The position numbers and the translations under genes were made by a program. From the sequence record PQ015378.1: 64,000 nt of DNA; one strand, written 5' to 3'. The notes beneath the pieces were generated by a model. The model was given only the letters and a program-made list of their open reading frames with translations. It did not search any database and was not told the DNA's origin. Position 1 is the stretch's first letter, and each line of letters begins with the position of its first letter. This document shows, in pieces, positions 9,285 through 20,061 of this stretch.

Positions 9285-9679
9285 AGAGGCTCCCTGCGAG
9301 ATTCTTCGAGAAAGCTGGACGTAACAAACGCATCACCAAGAAGATCCGGGATCGGCATCAGAGGACTCGCGAGATCCTCTGGCTGACCGCCTCGGTGCAT
9401 TTCGGTCGTGTTCGTAGCGAAGCCCACATGCGCGCTATGAAGGGGAAAGCCAGACGTATTGGTGCACGCCCCAGGCATTATCGAAACTTCTGTCGGCGTA
9501 TGCTCCCACATGTACGCGCTGGATACCAAGCCACGACAATCATGACTCGTCGGGGGGACGTCATACAGGCCATGGTTATTCGTCGGGAACATCTCGACTG
9601 GTATCGTGGGTTGTATGATGTCCGTGATGCATTGCACGCGGATGGAACAAAAGAGACCTACGGGTCTCTCCACTGTTAA
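9281..9679 (+). CDS. Hypothetical basic (Arg-rich) protein
   Basis: 132 aa, coupled to the upstream gene, followed by a hairpin. Confidence 0.65.
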   Translation: MKRLPARFFEKAGRNKRITKKIRDRHQRTREILWLTASVHFGRVRSEAHMRAMKGKARRIGARPRHYRNFCRRMLPHVRAGYQATTIMTRRGDVIQAMVIRREHLDWYRGLYDVRDALHADGTKETYGSLHC

Positions 9680-9688
9680 CGGCATATT

Positions 9689-9708
9689 GGCTACCCTTCG
9701 GGGTAGCC
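9689..9708. terminator. Hairpin between convergent genes
   Basis: GGCTACCC-TTCG-GGGTAGCC; GGCATA on the left and a T-run further right. Confidence 0.75.
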
Positions 9709-9725
9709 ATTGCTCTTATTTTTTT

Positions 9726-10157
9726 TTACTTCGGATCGAAGATCAATGTAACTGGGTCGGGTGGTAGCCAGACCAAAGCATCGATTCGCGGAGTTAAGAC
9801 AACAGACGTGGCCGTAGGTGAGATCTCTACATGGTAGAAGTCTTCATCGTAAGCCGACACGTTGTTCACTTCACGCAGGTAACGTAACACGTCGGTGGTG
9901 TTAGCGTAATCACCAGGGTTACCATCTAGTCGGATATCGACAAGTGCATCGGCAACCTTGTACCGGTTGTACAGGATCTCACACATTCCGGTCGCGTATT
10001 CCGAGGTGGCCTTAGCTGCAATGGTTACTTTGGCATTACAGCCGTCTTGTAACCACACACCAGGCGATTGGAAGTTGACATCTGCTACGGTGAGATTCAG
10101 ACCAGTCTTTTTATTGAACGCGTTCAGGAGCGTCTCTTTGACGTCTTTGATGTACAT
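9726..10157 (-). CDS. Putative virion structural protein (gp126-like)
   Basis: ATG at 10157 has a GAGG RBS; resembles the neighbouring 10165 ORF and the 28426 ORF. Confidence 0.7.
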   Translation of the reverse strand: MYIKDVKETLLNAFNKKTGLNLTVADVNFQSPGVWLQDGCNAKVTIAAKATSEYATGMCEILYNRYKVADALVDIRLDGNPGDYANTTDVLRYLREVNNVSAYDEDFYHVEISPTATSVVLTPRIDALVWLPPDPVTLIFDPK

Positions 10158-10164
10158 GCACACC

Positions 10165-11043
10165 TCAGTCGTAGTGCAACCGTAGGAACCCAGACATGCC
10201 CTGACAATAAGTCGGAGATAGTTCGAGTACTAGGATGTGGTTGAATTGTTCTCGGGAAGTCCACTGGGGTGTGGGAGCACCATTATAAAGAACCTTGACC
10301 ATCGGAACCCCTTCAACAACCTCGTTGGTGAGGTTAATGAATGATGGTGTAACAGAATGGTCGAAGTGCGTCAGTGTTGCTTTCTGAATGATATCGGAAA
10401 GCAGATCCCCGTGGTGCCACAAACCAACCGGTACGTCTTTGAGTATTTGGCGCCACTCAGTAAAGTCGTAACGGTTAGTGTAGTAATCGCCATCGATTAT
10501 CCCGGCAGTGGGAGCGACAGTGATTTCCGGAAACGCAAACACGCGTCCTTGGTATTGGTTAAGATCGACCTTAGTGGTATTCTTGAGCCGAACTCGTAGA
10601 TGACCGACGAAACGTAAGGAACGTTCGTCGGCTTCAATGATAAAGTCGTTCTCAGTTGTCCCACTGTAGTGATCGAATGTCTGATGGATGAAGTCATCGA
10701 CCTCGAACACGATTTCATTTCTGTCCCCGATCTGTTTCAGGATATCAAATGTTGATATCGGTAAAGTCAAGCCGCTGACATCAACGGCGATTGTGTTGCG
10801 GAAGAACTCAGTGCAGTTCAAACGGTCGTAGGTGAACACCGTCTCGGTGATCTCAGGCATCAAGTTAATCGGATTTGTAGACCGATTAGGGATGATCTCG
10901 ATGCGGGTCCTTTTGGGACCCAGCTTCGTCATCTCCTTCAACTTGACAACTCCGGGGTGGAGCTGGAAGTTGAAGGTATCATTGATCATGTCAATGATGG
11001 CCTGCCACGAACCTACTTTCAGGTAGTCACGCGTGATGTACAT
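10165..11043 (-). CDS. Putative virion structural protein (gp127-like)
   Basis: 292 aa, operonic with baseplate-type genes; AGGTG RBS. Confidence 0.7.
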   Translation of the reverse strand: MYITRDYLKVGSWQAIIDMINDTFNFQLHPGVVKLKEMTKLGPKRTRIEIIPNRSTNPINLMPEITETVFTYDRLNCTEFFRNTIAVDVSGLTLPISTFDILKQIGDRNEIVFEVDDFIHQTFDHYSGTTENDFIIEADERSLRFVGHLRVRLKNTTKVDLNQYQGRVFAFPEITVAPTAGIIDGDYYTNRYDFTEWRQILKDVPVGLWHHGDLLSDIIQKATLTHFDHSVTPSFINLTNEVVEGVPMVKVLYNGAPTPQWTSREQFNHILVLELSPTYCQGMSGFLRLHYD

Positions 11044-11050
11044 TTAACAC

Positions 11051-13216
11051 CTACATGTCAGGATAGTTCGGGTCATCGGAGTTACGATATTCGCCGAGGA
11101 AGTTTTCTGCTGGTGGATCGATTGGTGGTGAGATGAACTGAACCTTCTGCAGACCGACATTAGGAACCTTCGTCTTGACTTTCACGGTTGCCAGTGAGAG
11201 ATCTCGAACGTAGATCGTTGGATCGATCTTACGGAACAATGTACCGTCGGCCGAGTAGTCAATATCCGGCAATACAATCTTGTCCGTGATCTTGATCTTG
11301 TGGCTAGCACTGGAGCGATAGTTCCGCACTTTGATCTCATCGACCGGTACACGGAAGTACGAGCCCATTTCAGCTCGATAGTCACCCAATCGCACCTGCA
11401 CCATTCCGAGGACGTGGAAGTTGGTGTACGACACGTTACGGAGGTACTGGAGTGGGTAAGAGCTCAGTCGTTTCATCAACCGCAGCAGTTCGCGTTGGAT
11501 CTCGCCCAAAGTGATTCGCTTGTAAAGGTTTGCACCCGTAGCGATGTTGATGCAGTCACCCACGAGCTGTTCGTATTCGGACTTACGCAGGTCACGCAGA
11601 TCGATACCCTGAGGGATCAGGTAATCATCGAACGATGTTGGTTCTTTCACCAGACGACACTTGCGATTCATGTAGTGAGCCTTTACGGCGTTCTCGCACA
11701 TAGCCCGCGCATCTTTGTGTTCCTGATAGGAATAGAGCTCCCACAGCTTCAGGTACGACTTGTGTACACGGGTAGCGTCCAGATAGAACTGCTCGGTCGA
11801 GATGTAAGATGTCATCGGGTAAACCCGGTCTTGGATCGCAGTCAGGATGTTGTCACCCACCAGACGAGGACTCACGTAAGTACGGAGCTCATCCAGGTTA
11901 GGGAGAGGATCACGCATCACTTCGATAGCGTTGACCGATGGGATCATTGGAATGTCCCACTCCCACACTTTGAAGTAAGCGTACAGCATCACGATGAAGG
12001 CGTCTTTAACAGACAGCGTCATTAGTTCACCCGAACGTGGGTTGGGGATCTGAACGTAAGCGCGGTATTTACCACGAGCAGCCAGATCCAACCAGTGGTT
12101 CATCAGCACGTTCATGTGTGTCCGTACAGATGACGTCGAACGGTCGATTACTTCCGAGTCCAGGATCTTGGTCGGCAAGATAGAGAACTGATCAGATTCG
12201 ATCTTCTCGGTGATCTCACGCTCTGCATCGAACTTCACCAGTGGGTTGTCACGAGCAAGGCCATCCTCACGCTCTAGGATCTCACCTACGGTGGCTTTGT
12301 CATTATCTGGGGCGACGATAGGGAAGTTGACATCAAGCTTCACCAGCTCCGCTTTAGGGCGGATCTCGCCGGGCATGTCTTTGCCGTTCTGCTTGATGTT
12401 GTACCAGATCAGAGGGATACCACGTGGAGTCAGGATCTCTTTGACGAGCTGGTTCCACGTTGACTCTTTACCAACGTTCCGTTCGTACCACGTGATGTCA
12501 CGGTACAGATGGAGCTGTTGCCCTTTCGTGAGGTAAGGCATGAACTCATCCAGACGGGAGTGAGACGCCAACCATTCGCGGATGAAGAAGCTGTGAGCAC
12601 GACGAGTCCGAGCGTTACGCAAACGGATCATCATGATCGCCAGAGGAAGCTGTGTGTAAAGCTGACCCAGGAACGCCGAGAAGTAGAGGTCATCGGAGAT
12701 CAGGTATTGGGAGTTGTACCAGCGGTTGTAGAACGCGGTTACCCAGTCTTGGATCTCGAAGTCAAAGTTGTCTTCGTTCTCTTCAACGTACTGTGGATCA
12801 TAATACAGGATTTCACCATCCTGTGATTCGATTGCCTTATTGATGTCAATCGGATAGAGGATACCATTGATCAGAGCGATCTGATCGGGGAACTGACGCA
12901 CGAGGGTGTTGTAATAAATGCTACCCGGCACATACTCACGTGCAGTTGCACGGTGCAAAAGTAGATTATCCTTTGTGAAGTCAATTACCTCTAGGGTATC
13001 CATGGAACGTACGCGCATCATGGTGTCGGTTGAGTGATACTCCCCCGCCATGTTCATGTAATACTTCCAGGTAGTTGGATCTAATTCATCCGAGGCGATA
13101 CCTTCCTCAGCCAAGCGTTCATTCAGAATAGTGGCGCAGGCATCAAACTTGATCACCACTGAACGGGCTAAGCGCATTGTATCGTTTCGATAAACTTCGA
13201 AATAGACGTTGCTCAT
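11051..13216 (-). CDS. Putative baseplate/virion structural protein (gp128-like)
   Basis: 721 aa; N-terminal WKYYMNMAGEYH motif recalled from the gp128 family; divergent from the portal gene. Confidence 0.75.
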   Translation of the reverse strand: MSNVYFEVYRNDTMRLARSVVIKFDACATILNERLAEEGIASDELDPTTWKYYMNMAGEYHSTDTMMRVRSMDTLEVIDFTKDNLLLHRATAREYVPGSIYYNTLVRQFPDQIALINGILYPIDINKAIESQDGEILYYDPQYVEENEDNFDFEIQDWVTAFYNRWYNSQYLISDDLYFSAFLGQLYTQLPLAIMMIRLRNARTRRAHSFFIREWLASHSRLDEFMPYLTKGQQLHLYRDITWYERNVGKESTWNQLVKEILTPRGIPLIWYNIKQNGKDMPGEIRPKAELVKLDVNFPIVAPDNDKATVGEILEREDGLARDNPLVKFDAEREITEKIESDQFSILPTKILDSEVIDRSTSSVRTHMNVLMNHWLDLAARGKYRAYVQIPNPRSGELMTLSVKDAFIVMLYAYFKVWEWDIPMIPSVNAIEVMRDPLPNLDELRTYVSPRLVGDNILTAIQDRVYPMTSYISTEQFYLDATRVHKSYLKLWELYSYQEHKDARAMCENAVKAHYMNRKCRLVKEPTSFDDYLIPQGIDLRDLRKSEYEQLVGDCINIATGANLYKRITLGEIQRELLRLMKRLSSYPLQYLRNVSYTNFHVLGMVQVRLGDYRAEMGSYFRVPVDEIKVRNYRSSASHKIKITDKIVLPDIDYSADGTLFRKIDPTIYVRDLSLATVKVKTKVPNVGLQKVQFISPPIDPPAENFLGEYRNSDDPNYPDM

Positions 13217-13249
13217 TGCTTTTTACTCACTTGAAAATGGGAGCTACCT

Positions 13250-15985
13250 ATGGCTCGTAACACGGGTGGGAACGCTAAGACGTATCCCATGTTCGAACAA
13301 ACCAAAGAAGGATTGAATCCACTAACTCCCCTTGGTGGTTTGATTAACATTCTTCGAAAGTCGAACAACGAAAAAGGGCAGAGTGTTAACCAACCTCGGG
13401 TTGGCATCAACAAACAGACAATGGACCGCATCTCCCGTCAGACGTCTCAGGACATTACTGACAACGATGCAATCATGCAGCTCAACTCCGACCTGGAACT
13501 CGTAGAGACAGTAATGGTCGGTAACATCCTCTCCCCGAAAGACCTGGGCGAAACAGAGCTGGCATGGTCAGTCGATCCAATCGTGTTCGACAGTGAAATT
13601 GCTCGCCACCTGATCGAGCCGGTGGAAGAGCATTTTAAAAGAGACTATAAAATTAACGATCGGCTGGACCTGGTGCTGCGGGAAATCATGTTCCGCAAAG
13701 GTGCATCTATCCATATCGTTCTACCAGAGAACACCCTGGATCACTTGGTGAACGGTTCTCGCAAGATCACCATGGAAGCATTCTCGGAGTACCGTCGTCG
13801 TCATGCTGGCGTTGCCAGTCGTAAGTCGATGGGCTTCCTCGGTCACCCAACCAACGAAAACATCTCGTTGGAAAACTGGGACCACACCACCGACAACTCG
13901 AATCGCATCAAGAACGATAAGAACCTGCTGGTGACAGACAACTTCGAAATCCTCAAGTCCCCGATGCTAGGTCGTCGTGTACGGGAAGTCCGTATTGCTG
14001 ACAAACTCAATCGTCACCGGATCTCGATGGAAGAAGAGATGGCCAAAGAAGTGGAGCAGTATCGCTTCACCAATGCGGACATCGAAAAGCTTTATCAACG
14101 GAACCGTAACAACCAGACCGAACACGCACAGGTAATCACCTCGCCTCAGTTCCTGGATCGTAAGTCCGTAGGTCACCCACTCGCATTACTGCCGCCGATG
14201 GAATCCATCATCCCGGTATTCATGCAGGGTCGTCCTCATGAACACGTCGGTTATTTCCTGCTGGTCGACCAGAACGGTTACCCGGTATCGAAAGACTCGA
14301 CTCGTGACTTCTATGGTGAACTCCAATCATCATGGAAGAATGGTTCCGGTAACGACAACAACTCAGAGATCCTGCGTCTTACTAAGGAAGCTCTTGGAGC
14401 TAACGCGAACAAGCAAGACTACGAACAAGACGAGATCAACAAAACGTTCAACTCGATTATCGTCAACGAACTGCACAACCGTCTCCGTAACGGTGAGTAC
14501 GATCAGGAACTGGAAATCGGTATCTCCGAAGAAATCCAGCGGATCATGCTCTTCCGTAGTTGGGAACAGAAATGCACACAGCTCGTGTTCGTACCTGCAG
14601 AACTCTGCACCTACATGGCTTTCAACTACAATGCAAACGGTGTGGGTGAATCCCTACTGGCCCGCTCGAAGATGATCGCTACCATGCGGTCGACCCTGCT
14701 GATGGCCGATACCGTTGGCGGCATGCGTAACGCCGTAGGTCGTAAGAAAGTCAACATCACCCTTGATCCGGATGATCCGGATCCAGAACAGACGATCTCG
14801 AACATTCAGTCGAACATCATGGAACAAGCACACCGGGCATTCCCGTTGGCTGCTCCTGACCCAACCCAAGCAATGGATCACCTGATCCGCTCGGGCTTCG
14901 ACTTCGCGATCAACGTTAACGGTGCTGACTACGCTGAAACGAAAGTTGAGTACGACGACTACAATACCAACCAACAGGCTGGTAACCCAGATCTGCAAGA
15001 CCGTCTGCGTCGCATGCATATCTCGGGCATGGGTGTTCACCCTGAGAAAGTAGACCCGATGTCTTCTCCAGACTTCGCTACTACCGCTACTCAGAACGAC
15101 CTCGTGTTCTCGCGTCGCGTTCGTGCATATCAGAAAGCGTTCACCGAGTTCCTGCAGAAGTTCATTCGGACTTACACACACCACAGCTCGATCCTGCGAC
15201 AGAAGATGGCCAAAGCTATCATCAAGAACCGCAAGATGCTTACCCCAGAACAAGTCAAGCAACCTATCGACGAGATAATCGACGATTTCATTGCTGCTCT
15301 GGAAGTATCTCTCCCTGCACCAGACAACACCCAACACGAACGTCAGTCGGAATCCTTCCGTGCTTACGACGATCTGTTGACCAGTGCTCTGGAAGCATAC
15401 ATCACGCCGGATCTGTTCCCCGATGAGGTACTGGGGATGTCGGGTGTGGCTGACAAGATCCTCAACCACGTTAAAGCTTACTTCAAGCGTCAGTGGCTCA
15501 CCAACAACAACGTCATGCCTGAACTGGCTATCCTGTTGGAGATGGACGGTGAGAAGCCTGCGTTCTCCCTGCTGGACTACATGGCCACTGCACAGCAGAC
15601 CATGGGCCAAGCATTCATGGAGTTCCTGGAAGCTGAGCAAGAGAACAAGAAGAAGTTCTCTGAGAAGTACAAGAAGCTCATCGACGAAGCCGGAGGCGGC
15701 GGCGGTGACTTTGGCGGCGGAGACGACGGCGGCTTCGGTGACGAAACCGGTGGCGAGGATGATGACATGGGTGGAGATGACATGGGCATGGGCGGTGATG
15801 ACACCGGTGGTGACATGTCCTTCGACGAAGGTGGTGGTGACACAGGTGGGGATGACGTTAGTTCAGACCTGGCTGGTGACGATGAAGACGCAGCAGCTGA
15901 CCAATCTGGATTGGATGATCCGGCAGGAGCAGCAGCAGCGGATGAAGAAGGTGAGGAAGAGGAAGAAGAGCCTAAACCTCAGTGA
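13250..15985 (+). CDS. Portal protein (phiKZ gp129-like) with acidic Gly/Asp-rich C-terminal tail
   Basis: 911 aa; size, synteny and low-complexity acidic tail. Confidence 0.75.
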   Translation: MARNTGGNAKTYPMFEQTKEGLNPLTPLGGLINILRKSNNEKGQSVNQPRVGINKQTMDRISRQTSQDITDNDAIMQLNSDLELVETVMVGNILSPKDLGETELAWSVDPIVFDSEIARHLIEPVEEHFKRDYKINDRLDLVLREIMFRKGASIHIVLPENTLDHLVNGSRKITMEAFSEYRRRHAGVASRKSMGFLGHPTNENISLENWDHTTDNSNRIKNDKNLLVTDNFEILKSPMLGRRVREVRIADKLNRHRISMEEEMAKEVEQYRFTNADIEKLYQRNRNNQTEHAQVITSPQFLDRKSVGHPLALLPPMESIIPVFMQGRPHEHVGYFLLVDQNGYPVSKDSTRDFYGELQSSWKNGSGNDNNSEILRLTKEALGANANKQDYEQDEINKTFNSIIVNELHNRLRNGEYDQELEIGISEEIQRIMLFRSWEQKCTQLVFVPAELCTYMAFNYNANGVGESLLARSKMIATMRSTLLMADTVGGMRNAVGRKKVNITLDPDDPDPEQTISNIQSNIMEQAHRAFPLAAPDPTQAMDHLIRSGFDFAINVNGADYAETKVEYDDYNTNQQAGNPDLQDRLRRMHISGMGVHPEKVDPMSSPDFATTATQNDLVFSRRVRAYQKAFTEFLQKFIRTYTHHSSILRQKMAKAIIKNRKMLTPEQVKQPIDEIIDDFIAALEVSLPAPDNTQHERQSESFRAYDDLLTSALEAYITPDLFPDEVLGMSGVADKILNHVKAYFKRQWLTNNNVMPELAILLEMDGEKPAFSLLDYMATAQQTMGQAFMEFLEAEQENKKKFSEKYKKLIDEAGGGGGDFGGGDDGGFGDETGGEDDDMGGDDMGMGGDDTGGDMSFDEGGGDTGGDDVSSDLAGDDEDAAADQSGLDDPAGAAAADEEGEEEEEEPKPQ

Positions 15986-15994
15986 CAACATATT

Positions 15995-16014
15995 GGCTTC
16001 CCCTAGGGGAAGCC
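15995..16014. terminator. Hairpin between convergent genes, flanked by CATA and TATG
   Basis: GGCTTCCCC-TA-GGGGAAGCC. Confidence 0.75.
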
Positions 16015-16022
16015 TTATGTCG

Positions 16023-17273
16023 TTAGACAGTCCCGAGGATGCGGTAGTATGCGTCATCGTGTTCCCAAGGATGAGCTGGATATCGCCCACCATCCACCAG
16101 GGCTTTCTGCTTCCAGTCACGTCGATGGTTCGCATCGTAATCATGACGGACGTTATCGACACCCGCGTAAACGAATGTGTCAACCTCATGGATCAGGTGA
16201 TAATCCAACATCTTCCCGTAAGCACCCACTAGTGGGAAGTTCTCACCAGAAGCATCGATCCACCGGCCCGGTAAGCGCAGCCATTCGACAGGCTCAAAGT
16301 CTTGGAACATCATTGGTGTATCTACGATCACCCAGAATGACTGCGACAGAGTCAGATACTTGATGATCGTTTCGTCAGCCTGCATCATTGCAGTGGACAT
16401 CAGGGTTGGGTTCTTCGGATCAATCATCAGACCCAGGTGATCCAGATCGAGCTGCCGTTGCGATTGGATATATCGATCAAGGAACATGTTGCCCCCGAGT
16501 TCGACACGCCACGTCCGATCACTGACCGGTTTGTATACCTTGCCCAACACCTGGAGATAACCACCGATCACCAACAGTACAGTCTTGTTCTCAATGTCTA
16601 CGTTTGCAGGCATGGTGAGGTAAGCTGCATCATTGAGCGGAGCTCCAGGTTTCTGTGGGGAGATCATGTCAGCTGTGATTGGAAGCTTCTTGATCTTACC
16701 GACCTGTTCGAACGAGTACACACCGATCTGGTTATCGTTAGAGCGTCGGATAGACTTGTTGCCATCGTAAACAGTAATTCCATTCGGCGTGTAATCCGTG
16801 ATATGAAAATAACCGTTGACTGAAGTTAGGCAGTAGTCGTCGTAGTCCTTATAAGAATGCTTGGGGTGTGTGAGGATCAGGTCTTCTTTGGTATGTGCTG
16901 ATGTTTCTGCGTTGATGTGTTGGTCACGACCTTTTGGTTTAGCAACGTAACCAGCATGCCATGCCTGTGCATAACGAACCAGTCGTTCTTTCTCGCTGGG
17001 GAGCTTGTCTTCGAACGGTAGGGTTTGGTTACCCAGAGATGTGAGCCATTGTTGCACAGTGAAGGTCGGATCAACGTTATTCATCCAGGTAGTGACTTTC
17101 TCGAAGCGCAGTGCTTTCAGTTGAGTGCCACCCGAACCTGGGTATTCGATGTAGAGGATCACATCACCGAAGTTTACCGACAGAGTTGTGACAATCTCGT
17201 TACTGAGGTCTTCTTCCAGCCAACGGCCTTTCCGACGATCAGCTCGGTAGCGGGAGCGTACTAAAGTGTACAT
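16023..17273 (-). CDS. Putative virion structural protein (gp130-like)
   Basis: 416 aa, GGAGG RBS, synteny. Confidence 0.7.
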   Translation of the reverse strand: MYTLVRSRYRADRRKGRWLEEDLSNEIVTTLSVNFGDVILYIEYPGSGGTQLKALRFEKVTTWMNNVDPTFTVQQWLTSLGNQTLPFEDKLPSEKERLVRYAQAWHAGYVAKPKGRDQHINAETSAHTKEDLILTHPKHSYKDYDDYCLTSVNGYFHITDYTPNGITVYDGNKSIRRSNDNQIGVYSFEQVGKIKKLPITADMISPQKPGAPLNDAAYLTMPANVDIENKTVLLVIGGYLQVLGKVYKPVSDRTWRVELGGNMFLDRYIQSQRQLDLDHLGLMIDPKNPTLMSTAMMQADETIIKYLTLSQSFWVIVDTPMMFQDFEPVEWLRLPGRWIDASGENFPLVGAYGKMLDYHLIHEVDTFVYAGVDNVRHDYDANHRRDWKQKALVDGGRYPAHPWEHDDAYYRILGTV

Positions 17274-17382
17274 TGGGAAACCTCCGAGGGGATTGGATAA
17301 TCCTATGTGAATTTAAAAAATACTGGTGTGCCATACACATCATTACGCTAACAACGCGCACCAGCGCTATATAGGAGGCTAC

Positions 17383-19677
17383 ATGGCCACCGTTAGTACA
17401 ACTGGTCTCTATCCCGAGGACCTGCACGGGAACAACCCGTTGAACCTCATCCCAGACGAGATTCAAACTCTTCAGGTTCCGGGTAAAGATGATTACTACT
17501 TCATCATCCCCCACGCTGCTCCGTTCTTCGTGGATTCGTTGGAAGTATACAACGCTCAAACTGGTGAACGATACATCGAGAACGACGATTACCTGGTAGG
17601 TCACTGGTTCATTGAAGCCATGGACTCCATCGGTCGTCCTATCGCTGGTTCGATCCGTTTCATGAAGCGCACCATTGCCGGTCAGGTCAGACTGAAATAC
17701 CGTACCATCGGTGGCGTGTGGGGCTTCTCAGAAACTCAGGTTCTTGCAGAACTCAACCGCAAGCTGCTCAACCCGCTTACTCGTAGCTGGGGTATGATCG
17801 GTGAGCTGCCGTATTCGTTCCCACCATTGGAACACGACCAGTCGATCGACTCGCTGGTTGGTTCGGTAGAGATCGAAGCAGCTTTGCGTCACCTGGCTGA
17901 TGTTGTAGAAGCTTCCGCTGCTGGTGCATCCGAGCAGCACTTGAAAGACTACAACAACCCTCACCGGGTAACCAAGACACAAGTCCTGTTGGGTCTGGTA
18001 CAGAACTTCGGTATGGCTACGGCCCCTGAAGCGATCGCTGGCGTTCGTGCAGACGCTTATGTGTCTCCGGCTACCATGAAGGCTGCAATCGACGCTCAAG
18101 CATTGACACCATTGAATGCACACATCCGGGCAACTGGCAACGTACACGGTATGGTTGCCGCTGATATCAACCTGGGCAACGTTCCTAACTACCCAGCGGC
18201 TAACGCCTCTCAAGCAATCGATGTAACCAACTCGACCACGCTGATGACCCCGTACACAACGGCTCTGATGTTCCAGAAGCTGATGAACACGGCACGTGTG
18301 GATGAGCTGGAAAACAAGCTGAACCAACACATCAACGACACCACGTCGAACCCACACAAAATCACCCCTGAGATGATCGGGACCTACACCAAAGAACGTA
18401 TCGATCAATTGATCGCTGCAGCTGGTGGCGGTGGTGGGGGCGATGCTGCAACGTTCGGTGGTAAAACTCCAGCCGAATGGGCATCCGAGTTCATCTCGGT
18501 ACCAGAGTTCGATAAGTTCATTTCCGATGAACAGTTCGGTGGTTCTGTTGCCGCCGCTAAGAACGCCATCGCCGACCCTGACAACGCGCCACCTCCACAG
18601 ACTCCGGAAGAAGAGCAGCTCTATGAACTGTCCCTCATCACTGGTGCCAGTGCGGGTTACGAGGTGTACGTGGTTAACACCAGTCGTTGGGCTGGTCGTA
18701 TGGTCGCTTCGTCGGATGTTCCAATGGATCCGTCTGCAGGTCAACCAGCCTATTCCGAATACATGGCCGAATCGCAGTATGCATGGGTTTCTCTCAAGGA
18801 CGCTCGCTACTCGATCTCCGCACGTAACGGTATCCTGGCATCTGGTTCCGCTGCACTAACTATCCCAGCCGCGTACAGCGAGAAGTCTGCTTCGGTAACG
18901 AAACCAGTTGACTGGGTATGGGCATCCAAGACCGAAGTGTTTGCACACATGAAGGACACCAAAGAACTCCGTCGCTTCAAAGCAGGTGGTGTTGATGAGG
19001 TCATCGTGCAATACACGCCGTGGTCCGTCGGAGTTGCTGGTCGTGAACCTACAGCTGTTTACGCTGCCACCCAGCTGAATGACCCACAGTCGCTGGTGAT
19101 CGTCGAAGTCGAGGTATCCACAGGTACCGACCCCGACAACCTGACCAGGACGTTTGACTTCCTGGTATTCGGTGACGCCACCTGGCAGAGTACCACGAAC
19201 GCAGTGATCAACACAATCAAAGCAACTGACGACATCCAGTCAATCGCCATCGGTGATAAACAAGTTCTATTCATGACGGCATCTAAAGGTTGCTTCCTGG
19301 CGAACATTGACCGTACCAACCCGAACGCTGTAAAACTGGTCCTGGATAACAGCGCAACTGTTTTCTACGGTGATCAGACCTTATCGTTGCGCGCAGCTAA
19401 CCTGACAGACAACACTCCGAACGGTGAAGGCGTGTCGGTTATCTCCGGTAACTACAGCCACTTCGCACTGGCAACGAACAAAGGTAACGTCTGGTTCATC
19501 GGCGATAACTCCGAGGGTCAATGTGAGGTGAAGGTCAACCAGCGCGCAGTCATTGGTATTGCTGCAGGGTATAAATTCACCGTTACCGTCAATAGTCTAC
19601 ACCAGCCTCAGTTCTTCGGTGATAGCCCTGACAACTCGCTGCTCTACGCACATCGTGGCATCGTCGTTAAGCCCTAA
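17383..19677 (+). CDS. Tail fibre/tail-tip protein (gp131-like)
   Basis: ATG17383 with AGGAGG RBS; repeated H..NPH motifs of fibre shafts; C-terminal RCC1/beta-propeller-like segment. Confidence 0.8.
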   Translation: MATVSTTGLYPEDLHGNNPLNLIPDEIQTLQVPGKDDYYFIIPHAAPFFVDSLEVYNAQTGERYIENDDYLVGHWFIEAMDSIGRPIAGSIRFMKRTIAGQVRLKYRTIGGVWGFSETQVLAELNRKLLNPLTRSWGMIGELPYSFPPLEHDQSIDSLVGSVEIEAALRHLADVVEASAAGASEQHLKDYNNPHRVTKTQVLLGLVQNFGMATAPEAIAGVRADAYVSPATMKAAIDAQALTPLNAHIRATGNVHGMVAADINLGNVPNYPAANASQAIDVTNSTTLMTPYTTALMFQKLMNTARVDELENKLNQHINDTTSNPHKITPEMIGTYTKERIDQLIAAAGGGGGGDAATFGGKTPAEWASEFISVPEFDKFISDEQFGGSVAAAKNAIADPDNAPPPQTPEEEQLYELSLITGASAGYEVYVVNTSRWAGRMVASSDVPMDPSAGQPAYSEYMAESQYAWVSLKDARYSISARNGILASGSAALTIPAAYSEKSASVTKPVDWVWASKTEVFAHMKDTKELRRFKAGGVDEVIVQYTPWSVGVAGREPTAVYAATQLNDPQSLVIVEVEVSTGTDPDNLTRTFDFLVFGDATWQSTTNAVINTIKATDDIQSIAIGDKQVLFMTASKGCFLANIDRTNPNAVKLVLDNSATVFYGDQTLSLRAANLTDNTPNGEGVSVISGNYSHFALATNKGNVWFIGDNSEGQCEVKVNQRAVIGIAAGYKFTVTVNSLHQPQFFGDSPDNSLLYAHRGIVVKP

Positions 19678-19686
19678 GGAGGCATC

Positions 19687-20004
19687 ATGATTAACCAGAT
19701 CTTCTTGCAGCAGTTGATGTCCGACATGCTGCAAGTTGGTACGGCTACACAGACAGCGATCAAGCTGCTCTCTAAACGTATCAACGATCACATCCTGGCG
19801 AAGGGTAACCCACACCAAATGGGCCCAGCCGACATCGGTTTGGATCGCGTAGCCAACTACGCCCCGGCCACCGTAAGTGAGGCAGTCAAGGGAATCAACA
19901 ACACCACGTTGATGACACCCAAGCGAACTACCAACTGGGCCGAAGAAAACGTCTACGGTCCAATCGGTCAAGCGTTCAAGGACGCAGCTGCACGACTTCC
20001 ATAA
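19687..20004 (+). CDS. Small tail-fibre-associated protein (gp132-like)
   Basis: 105 aa with a single NPH repeat (GNPHQMGPADIGLDRVANY); AAGGAGG RBS. Confidence 0.75.
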   Translation: MINQIFLQQLMSDMLQVGTATQTAIKLLSKRINDHILAKGNPHQMGPADIGLDRVANYAPATVSEAVKGINNTTLMTPKRTTNWAEENVYGPIGQAFKDAAARLP

Positions 20005-20061
20005 CCCAGGATCGAGGCACGGTTTCCGTGTCTCTTTCTGCTGTTTACAATCGGAGCAAAC

